Source: Eledone cirrhosa
Lineage: Eukaryota
Direction of reading: 5' to 3'
Length of the DNA stretch: 64,000 bases
Assembly: GCA_964016885.1 (NCBI GenBank)
Contig: OZ024757.1
Coordinates: 25,730,001 to 25,794,000 of the forward strand
In this document: piece by piece, positions 55,117-64,000 of the stretch
Position numbering within the stretch: the first letter of the stretch is position 1
Layout of the letters: every line of letters begins with the position of its first letter
The notes under the pieces: generated by a model
The model's database searches: none
What the model was told of the DNA's origin: nothing
The model's input: only the letters and a program-made list of their open reading frames with translations
Position numbers and translations under genes: made by a program

Positions 55117-55282
55117 AGTGCACCTTAGTACTGTACACAATAATTTCATTATTATTTTATCGTATATATATATACATACATACGTATATGCATCATGGTG
55201 GTGTCCAAGCTTGGCCACAGTCTGATGATTGAAAATTGTAAAAGAATATATGAGGACACACACATATATATATATATACACA

Positions 55283-55447
55283 CAATATATTAATAAATAA
55301 ATGGAAACTATAATTTTAAAACCATAATTATTTTATTATATATATTATTAATATATTGAATATTTACTCCAGTACTCTGTTGTGCTTTATATCAGTTATA
55401 AAACTTTTAAGCTTGTTGAATCCCAACAAATCAAATATAACTTCTGC

Positions 55448-55450
<3 letters not shown>
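55283..55450. mobile_element. Truncated relative of the 21147-21598 family
   Basis: AATAAATGGAAACTATA arm and the tail TGCTTTATATCAGTTATAAA..CCCAACAA. Confidence 0.65.
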
Positions 55451-55500
<50 letters not shown>

Positions 55501-55749
55501 ATGGTGCGTGTGTGCATGTGTGTGATCTTGTCCGAGTTTGTTTACATTCTAAAAAGAAGCAATGTAATGTTTATATGTATTGGTGTCTCTCGTAACGTAG
55601 CGATTCGATTATATACAGATCAATGAAATAAGTTTCATACGGAAATATATAGTGGGATCGATAAGTTCAACAACAACAAAAAATAAACCCTTGAATGCGG
55701 TGCCCCGGCAGGGCTGTAGTACAATGACTGGGCCCAGTAAAAAAAATTC

Positions 55750-55792
<43 letters not shown>

Positions 55793-56021
55793 TGTGCGTG
55801 TGACATATGCATATATATATGTGTGAGTGTGTGCACATATACATGTTCGTATGTATATATATACGTGCGTGTGTGTATGTTTACACACGCATGATATGGT
55901 GCTCTGAAATATGCTTGTATATAAGAGCCTGCATACATATCCATACATACTCGCATATGTCTATATATTTATACATCCACGCGCGCACGCACATACACAT
56001 ACATATGTGTATGTATGTATA

Positions 56022-56086
<65 letters not shown>

Positions 56087-56978
56087 ATTTATTTTAGTTA
56101 TAATTTGTAACCCTATGTAATCTTTGTCAGCCAGTCTTGATTACACTTTAATAAACAAGCACACACACACATGTATGTGTGTGTGTGTATATATATATAT
56201 ATATGCATGTATGTATATATGTGTGTGTATATATATATATGTGCATGTATATATATATGTATATATATATATACATATATATATATACATGCATATACAC
56301 TCACGTCACAATGTGTGTGTGCTTTATTTATTAATATGTATATATATACAGGGTGTCCAAAAAAATGTATACACTTTGATTACATGCAGCATTTATTAGA
56401 ATGCTGTTGAAATGTGTATACATTTTTTGTGGGGGGAGGACACTATATTTAAAAAAAACATGTTATACTACGGCATGCCGACAATCGGGTTCCAAATCGC
56501 ACGTTGGAGCCGATCAGTCCCGTGTGATTTTTGGCGTTAATACAGGCAGACAAAATAACAGCATGAATGTCACAGCTTCCCAGAATTGGTGTGTTTATTT
56601 AGGCAGGTTTGTGTTGCTTATTAACAAGATAAAGATAACTTTTTTGATGATGTTTGGCGCCAAGCTTAACCGGAAGCTGTGTGATGGTAGCTATGGTCGG
56701 CTCGGCTTGTTGTGGCTGCTCTCCGTCTTTTTTCCTTGTTGGGTCTCTCTCTCTCTCTCTCTCTCTACATATCTACCTGTCTATCTGCTTGTACAGTATA
56801 TACAGGATGTTCCAAAAAAAAACTGTATACATACTTCAACAGCAAAAAGAAAGTAACAAAAAAATGCGTTAAAGTAAATTGTTTTATATGCATTATTTGA
56901 ATTAACTTTGCCTTTCATCCTTACGGGGTCGTAATATATATAAATATAGTTATGTAATAAACAACATAAGGCAATTAT

Positions 56979-57036
56979 TCCATTTACCAGTGGTTTCTTA
57001 AAAGCAAAGAATTTTGCTTTCAATCATCAGAATGAA
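56979..57036 (-). ncRNA. Type I hammerhead ribozyme
   Basis: Reverse complement: TTCATT-CTGATGA-TTGAAAGCAAAATTCTTTGCTTTTAA-GAAA-CCACTGG-TA-AATGGA; 11-bp stem II. Confidence 0.8.
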
Positions 57037-57098
57037 AAAATCCTGGTCTGTTTATTGATATTGGATTTTAAAAACTTTTCCGACGGAATTACTTCATT

Positions 57099-57156
<58 letters not shown>

Positions 57157-57159
<3 letters not shown>

Positions 57160-57300
57160 CATTCGGATCTAGCTATCGAAACGGCCGGAGCTCAGCCGTT
57201 GGGTTCCTGACTCTTTTCCTATTACTAACTCTACTACCCTAAGTATCGAGTACTCTGGTGCGTTATGGTCTACCTGGTATCTTACCACACCTGTGTTTCT
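57157..57300 (+). mobile_element. CGGC-stem PLE-like family fragment (3' half hammerhead + tail)
   Basis: GAAACGGCCGGAGCTCAGCCGTTGGGTTCC then TTTTCCTATTAC..GAGTACTCTGGTGCGTTATGG; relatives at 20725-20790, 50225-50290, 59778-59908 and 59946-59990. Confidence 0.7.
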
Positions 57301-57741
57301 TATACGATTTATAGCTCTTTCTCTTTCTATATATACATATATCTTTTCCATTTGCTTTATATATATATACAGAATATCTTATATATACGTGTATCTACTT
57401 ATCTCCATCTATCTATCTATTTATCTTTCTCTCTCTATCTATCTATCTCCCACACACATCCACACCCGTTTTCTTTCGTGTCTCACTCCTGTCTTAACTA
57501 CACTGCCTGCACCCATGGAAATAGATTTGGAATATTTGCCGATATGAGGACACACCTTTTACAAGACCCGTTCTACATACATGCAATCAGGAAAGATGAA
57601 AGACAAGGCCAAACTCGGTAGCCGGATTTTGAACTCGGAACATATTTACCACACTATCGTTATGCAACCAACTTGTGGAGCTTTACGTTGGCGCTCGACT
57701 TGCTAGAAATAGCAGCTAAATCTCCACTTCACACTCTATAT

Positions 57742-57939
57742 CAGACCTGTCAATCCTCCATCGTCCGACGGGGAGATCTCCCATCCACTTTGGCGTGGGT
57801 GAGAGATGCCTTCTCTTGTGAAAATGGGTATAGCTTTCATTATGTAAAATCTCTCCATTTTTGCCTCATTTCTCCCAGTTTTGGGGGCACTGTTTTTCAT
57901 GGTACTCCCCGTTTGGGTTTTAAGAGGCTGGCAGGTCTG
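57742..57939. mobile_element. hAT-like MITE
   Basis: TIRs CAGACCTGTCA / TGGCAGGTCTG; one-ended copy at 30862-31028. Confidence 0.65.
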
Positions 57940-58193
57940 CTATATCGTATCTATATATGGATAATGAGTACATTTTTATTATTACACCTGTCTCCAGAGT
58001 GGTGATTTGTCAGAGCTAGTAGAGCGACGGCCAAATGCTTAGCGGTGTTTGTTCTGAATTCTAATACATACCGCCGTGGTCAACTTTGCTGTTCATCCGT
58101 TCGAGATTGATAAAATAAAGTAGCAGTCAAGTACTGAGGTCGATTTAATCCACTTTCACATTCCACTAATCCACTTTCCTCTTGTGCTTAAAG

Positions 58194-58360
58194 CAGGATT
58201 TCCTAAACCTTTTCAAACACGAACCTCTTTTTGTTTCAGAAACTTTGAGGGGATCCCCAAAGTCTAATACTGTTATTTAGTCGTAATATAAATATACTCC
58301 TCTACTTTTATTCACGGAACCTCAGGCACTCTTTCGTGGAACCCACTTTGGGAACCACTG
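58194..58360. mobile_element. hAT/Charlie-like MITE, decayed
   Basis: CAGGATTTCCTAAAC ... CTTTGGGAACCACTG; no target-site duplication recovered. Confidence 0.45.
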
Positions 58361-58786
58361 ATCTGCTCATTTCTTGTTTTTTTAAAGACCCCTTTAATAC
58401 CAAACCACTTGAATCCCCTTGAAACCACCTCTTGTTCTACGATACAGGGGTTTTTACAGGGCAACCGCTATTTTCTTGGAATAGGCGGCGAATTGGCAGA
58501 GTTGTAACGTCGGAGTTATTTCGTTCCGGCTGTCTACGCGCTCTGAGTTCAAATTCCGCAGAGGCCAACAATTTTGGTGGAGAGGAAAGTCGGTTTAATC
58601 GCCCCCCAGTGCATTACTGGTACTTTATTTTATCGCCCCCGTAATGTTGAAAGCCAAAACTAACCTCGGCAGGATTTGAACTCGGATCACAAAGGGGGCG
58701 GAACCCTAAAGCATGGTGTCCGACGCTCTACCGACAAAAGAAAAAAATAATATGACTATTATATTCCCCTCATAGACGGGTGTAAT

Positions 58787-59046
58787 CAGTAGCGTGCAGG
58801 AGGGGTGGGGTCGGGCCTCCTTTGAATGGGGGCATCATTTGGGGAAAAGAAGTTAATAAATTTGATTGATTTGTATTAAAACAGAATAAAGCGTTTATTT
58901 CATGTTTCATCTGTGTTTATATATTCAAAATATTTTCCTTTCTCGTAATATTTCTCAGTATATTAGGGGCCTTATACTTGAGTGTTTGGGGCATAGAATC
59001 AAGATTTGCCGCCCCGGGCATCGCCAGAGCTCTCTACACGCCACTG
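58787..59046. mobile_element. hAT-family MITE with an 8-bp target-site duplication
   Basis: TIRs CAGTAGCGTG / CACGCCACTG; GGTGTAAT on both sides (58779-58786, 59047-59054). Confidence 0.85.
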
Positions 59047-59122
59047 GGTGTAATAGTAAAACAAATAAAAAAAAAGAAAATACATTGCCGGAAAAATACG
59101 ACGGGATGATCGCGGCAGGAAA

Positions 59123-59336
59123 TAATAATTGTTTCTATATTTGGCACAAGGCCAGCAATTATCTCAGTGTATTACTGGTACTTTATTTTAGATAATTGTT
59201 TCAATATTTGGCACAAGGCCAGCAATTATTCCAGTGTATTACTGGTACTTTATTTTAGATAATAATTGTTTCTACTTTTGGCACAAGGCCAGCAATTATC
59301 TCAGTGCATTACTGGTACTTTATTTTAGATAATAAT
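59123..59336 (-). repeat. Three tandem ~68-bp copies of the SINE 3' end
   Basis: ATAATTGTTTC..TTTGGCACAAGGCCAGCAATTAT..ACTGGTACTTTATTTTAG x3. Confidence 0.85.
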
Positions 59337-59665
59337 TCTGTTAGATCGGGACCCAAACTATGGCCTAAACAACAAAGAACAAGAACGGGAAGAACGGCAC
59401 GTTTTTTAACCTTTGACCCTCCCTTTCCTTTGCCAGAAACACTTCCTGTTATTCCTCTCACAGCCACACTTTGTTACTCTGTCTTCTCCTCTTTCTACTT
59501 TCACTTTCAAACATACTCCCACACACTCACCAACAGCACTTCTCACCACCCCTGAGCTACTAGTGTACTAGTGGCCACCCGTCAGTCAGAAACAGTGTAA
59601 CCCCTTCTAACTGACTTCGTCAACGTGGAGGGCTTCTGTCCAGATATCTCCTTCATTGGTTTGCT

Positions 59666-59700
<35 letters not shown>

Positions 59701-60264
59701 CACACACACACACACTCACTCACTCACTCACTCACTCACTCACTCACTCACTCACTCACTCACTCACTCATATATATATAGGAAAATAGTCAGGACCCCG
59801 ACGGCTGAGCTCCAGCCGTTGCGACAGCTAGGTCCGAACGCAGTATTGAGTATTCTGGTGCGTTATGGGTATGCTCCACCTGGTATCTTACCACACACCC
59901 CTTTGTTATACACACACACATATATAAGGACCCTAATACCCTAATCCTGAAACGACCGGAGCTCAGCCGTCGGAGTCCGGGCTCTTTTCGCGTGTGTGTG
60001 TGTATGTATGTGTGTGTGTATATATATATGTGTGTGTGTGTGTTTGTATGTATATATGTATCCGTCTGTAGTTGACGAGTGAGGGGAAGGAATACTTAAT
60101 ATTGAAGTAGAGTTTAAAAATGCATTTGTAAGAAGTAGGTGAAACTCCAGAGTAACAAGACACACTATTTATCCTAAATAAAATGTGTGTGTATATGTAT
60201 GTATGTATGTATATATATATGTATGTATGTATATATATATATATATTTATATATATGCTTTTTA

Positions 60265-60322
60265 TTCATTCTGACGACTGAAAACAGATACATCTGCTTT
60301 CAAGAAACCACTGGTAAATAAA
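60265..60322 (+). ncRNA. Type I hammerhead ribozyme (family of 56979-57036)
   Basis: TTCATT-CTGACGA-CTGAAAACAGATACATCTGCTTTCAA-GAAA-CCACTGG-TA-AATAAA. Confidence 0.65.
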
Positions 60323-60347
60323 ATAATTATCTTATGTTGTTTATTAC

Positions 60348-60447
<100 letters not shown>

Positions 60448-60551
60448 TATATATAAAGGATTTTCTGTCATGCAGTTAAACTTTTACTGTTTCGGTAGCA
60501 AATAATATCTACACTTTACTTTTAAGCATAAGTTTCAGTAGTAACATTTCA

Positions 60552-60595
<44 letters not shown>

Positions 60596-61030
60596 TACAT
60601 ATATGTCCCCAAAGAATGTATATACACTTGACCGCCTCTCTCTCTCTCTCTCTACATATCTACCTGTCTATCTGCTTGTATATACAGGGTGTTCCAAAAA
60701 ATGTAATCACACTTTAACAGCAAAAAAAAAAAAAAAAAATGCATTAAAATAAATTGTTTTATATGCATTATTTAAATTGTGTAAACATTTTTGGGTGTTT
60801 ACATACAACTGAATTATGTGTGTAGATCATTTTACTTTTGAGAACGGCTGTGTATTCTTATAAATATTGCCTGTACAGGTTATCAAAATGTGTATACATT
60901 GTTTTGGGACCCCCTGTGTGTGTATATATATATATATATACGTTAACTACTTTTCCCATCTTGACGTTATAGTCGCTTATATGTTATAGAATGCTGTTAG
61001 CTTCTCGTTAAAACAATCTCTGTACTTCTC

Positions 61031-61083
<53 letters not shown>

Positions 61084-61314
61084 TAATATGCACACACATA
61101 AGGGACTAACATGAGAAAATGAGAAAGATTGCCAGTCAGAAAACTCTTGGTGATGATGATGATGATTGTGTGTGTATAAGCCTAAATACTAGCAATCTAT
61201 ACTATCAATGATGTAAGCCTGGAGAAGGCTCTCAAGCATTTGTCGTCTCATGGTTCTAGCGGATAGAATTGAGAAAACGTTAACCCAGAGAATAGTGAGG
61301 CAGATGTGTTGCTT

Positions 61315-61432
61315 GAGTTCAAATCCCGCCGAGGTTAACATTGCCTTTCATCCTTACGGGGTCGATAAAATAAAGTACCAGTAATGTACTGGGTAATTGC
61401 TGGCCTTGTGCCACTAGTAGAAACAATTATTA
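61315..61432 (+). mobile_element. Nin/Deu-type SINE, 5' truncated
   Basis: Consensus central domain; further copies near 58005-58190, 58590-58735 (-), 62238-62378 and 63741-63890. Confidence 0.8.
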
Positions 61433-61459
61433 TAGCCATACATGATAATTATCATTCCA

Positions 61460-61708
61460 ACTCGAGTGACCAACTCCGCCCCTATATAGCAGTGAGTAGA
61501 GAGGGAGGTGGTCCGAGGGAGCCAGGACGCACCAGAAGTCTCCACTGCTACAGGTACAACGGCAAATCTATAAGAAAGCAGCCGATGATACTTCAACAGC
61601 TTGTAATCTTCAGCTGATCGGACAACGAAGCCTGGCTGTGTTGCTGAATGCATCAGGTTGTCTTTGGAGAAGGTGTTGCTGCATGAGGCGATGTCACGTC
61701 CCAGATAA
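61460..61708 (-). mobile_element. CRE-like retrotransposon endonuclease fragment (single, unamplified copy of the 79-bp segment)
   Basis: WD..CSNTFSKDNLMHSATQPGFVVRSAEDYKLLKYHRLLSYRFAVVPVAVETSG, matching RLE WD.TC.DT..AE..K..KY...P.AVET.G; frameshifted. Confidence 0.75.
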
Positions 61709-62797
61709 GAATTGTTAAAAGATGAAAAATTATATAGCTTGCTCGTGTAATGCAGCCAGACTATATTAGACTGGATTAAGAAGACAGGTGGGCTTTACGA
61801 TTTTGAGGCGGGGCCTGCTATCACAGGGTTCTAAGTAGTTTTTCTGTTATTGTCACTCAAAAGCACATAGTGTAGCGAGATACACATCTATACTCATAAC
61901 TCTTACATAAATCATATATATTTATCGTATTTCATGAACAGTTTGAGATGGGTCTATAATTCACATTTAGCCTGGATCTGTTACCAATCTGGGCGGGGTG
62001 GGGGTCTAGCCTGAGTCTATTACCAAGTTTGGAGAGGGGTAAACATTCTACATTTGGACCAAGCTCATTACCAGCTTCGGCGCCTTATATATCTCACTTC
62101 TGGTCTGGATCTATCACCAAGTTTATGTGGGGTGGGGTGAGGTCTACATATTATCCTTGACCTGGGTCTACTACCAGTTTAAGGGGCCTACATTTTGCAT
62201 CAGGTTTGGGCCCGTCACCAGTTTGGTACGTTCTCTATTCAATCCCGCCGAGGGTAGCGTTGCCTTTCATCCTTACGGGGTTGATATAACAAAGTACCAG
62301 TAATGTACTGGGGTCGATTTAATGACCCCCCACCACCTCCAAAAATTGTTGGCCTTTTGCCTAAATCAGAAACCATATTTGACGACAGGCCATATATTTA
62401 TAGTGAGCTGAGCTTTTGGAATAAACACGGGGGCTGAGGGTTGTTATTCTTTATTTCATTTATTAATTCATAATTCTGACACGTGTTTCGCTATAATATC
62501 CCCCACCAGGGTTGGATTTAAACCATGGGAGGTCCAGGGCACTTCAAGTTGGGAGGGGGGTCCCTCATACACAAGAAATTAAAATACACAGCCCCCCCCC
62601 CCCCCCCAATTTCACATATCAAAGTTAGCTTGGCTCAAGTAATTAGAATTGAAAAGTTATATACATACAGGTATTAAATTCAAAAATTCTAACCATCCTA
62701 AAACTAAAAAGCCCAGCTGAGGGCACAACTAAATTGCTATGGCTGTCGCTGGAGGGCCCCCTTCATATAATCCCCCTTCATTATTTATAAAACTAAC

Positions 62798-62913
62798 CTA
62801 TATTGTATTTTATTTGATGAAAGCGCACCATAGTTTGCTCTGGTGGCCCTTGAAATATGTATAATGAAATAAATATGGTTTTATAAATATAGTTTCCATT
62901 TGTTAATATATTG

Positions 62914-62915
<2 letters not shown>
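62798..62915 (+). ncRNA. Decayed hammerhead of the 21147 family
   Basis: TATTTTAT-TTGATGA-(stem II CACCA/TGGTG)-GAAA-TATGTA-TA-ATGAAATA; C3 is changed to U without compensation. Confidence 0.55.
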
Positions 62916-62924
<9 letters not shown>

Positions 62925-62944
<20 letters not shown>

Positions 62945-63160
62945 TGTGTACAATATATATGTGTGTGTTGTGTACAATATATATATGTGTGTGTGTTGTG
63001 TACAATATATGTGTGTTTGTGTGTTGTGTACAATATATATGTGTGTGTGTGTTGCGTACAATATATATGTGTGTGTGTGTTGTGTACAATATATATGTGT
63101 GTGTGTTGTGTACAATATATATATGTGTGTGTGTGTTGTGTACAACATATATATGTGTGT
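62925..63160. repeat. ~26-bp minisatellite GTGTTGTGTACAATATATATGTGT
   Basis: About 8 copies read directly. Confidence 0.85.
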
Positions 63161-63309
63161 GTGCGTGTGCCAAGGTGTCCGTCAGTATGTGACTCTGCAT
63201 ATCTGCATGAGAGAGAGAGAGAGAGAGAATCAGTGTCTAGACAGACTATTAGTAAAATCATTAAGTTACTTTTACTCTTTTTCTTATCAATATTTATATC
63301 TATATCTAA

Positions 63310-63373
<64 letters not shown>

Positions 63374-63376
<3 letters not shown>

Positions 63377-63580
63377 GGTTCAATTCCTGGGCTGGCTTGT
63401 GTGTTGTGTGGCATGGTGGTGTGTGGCATGGTGGTAAGTGTTGGACTTACGATTATAACATCGTCGGTTCGATTCCAGGGCTGGGTTGTGTTCTGTGGAG
63501 GTGTGTGGCCTACTGGTAAGGGTGTTGGACTTACGATCATAATGTCGTGGGTTCGATTCCTGGGCTGGGCTGTGTTGTAC
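63374..63580 (+). mobile_element. Tandem tRNA-derived SINE heads (about 2.5 copies)
   Basis: A-box TGGCCTACTGG, B-box GGTTCGATTCC; the acceptor stem does not close. Confidence 0.6.
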
Positions 63581-64000
63581 ACATACTTACACACACATAC
63601 ACGCACATATTTACACAAATATATATACACACACACACACACACATACACATACAGTCTCAAATACACATACACTCTCAAACACACATACACTCTCAAAC
63701 ACATATACACTCACATACACACTTATATATATATATATATGGCGAATTGGTAGAGTCGTTAGAACGTCGGTTAGCATTTCTTTGCAGCCGGTATAGGTTT
63801 TGGGTCTCAGCGCTGAAATCCCACCGGGGTCAGCATTTCATCCTTTTGAGGTCAATAAAATAAAATACCAGTCAACTATTAGGGTCAATTCCTTTGTTGG
63901 TATTTACACCATTCTCTTGTAAACGTGAATGACGTAAGTGAAAAGACTTCAATTGGATTGGGAGTTGAAATCGCGTCACAACTCCACCCCTTTCATGTAC

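Noticed and set aside
63497-63570. tRNA-Val(TAC) gene
   Set aside because: Acceptor and anticodon stems do not close and the unit is tandemly repeated; better explained as a SINE head

Overview
Repeat-saturated eukaryotic non-coding DNA, most likely an octopus/coleoid cephalopod. That assignment is an inference from the mollusc-type 5S rRNA copy, the Nin/Deu-domain SINE family and the extreme (TA)n/(CA)n/(CATA)n load. No intact protein-coding gene is supportable. Nearly all ORFs in the track are microsatellite read-throughs, and the rest are decayed LINE 3' ends (RTE, CR1, CRE-like). The main signal is about 28 type I hammerhead ribozyme (HHR) motifs that I could fold by eye. Eleven lie in a near-perfect 310-bp tandem array that flips orientation mid-way into a 3.2-kb palindrome (7624-10873). 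The others lie mostly in several unrelated families of short elements embedded in (TA)n, and the better-preserved ones share one architecture: inverted arm + forward arm + unpaired 3' tail. This matches Penelope-like element (PLE) pseudo-LTRs and non-LTR retrozymes. Two families carry the U3-A8 covariant core, and one shows reiterated terminal stubs. Also present are a 52-copy 79-bp minisatellite derived from the endonuclease-coding end of a CRE-like retrotransposon, an RTE-derived minisatellite, a Helitron, several MITEs, many SINEs, a solitary 5S rRNA copy and two weak exon candidates.
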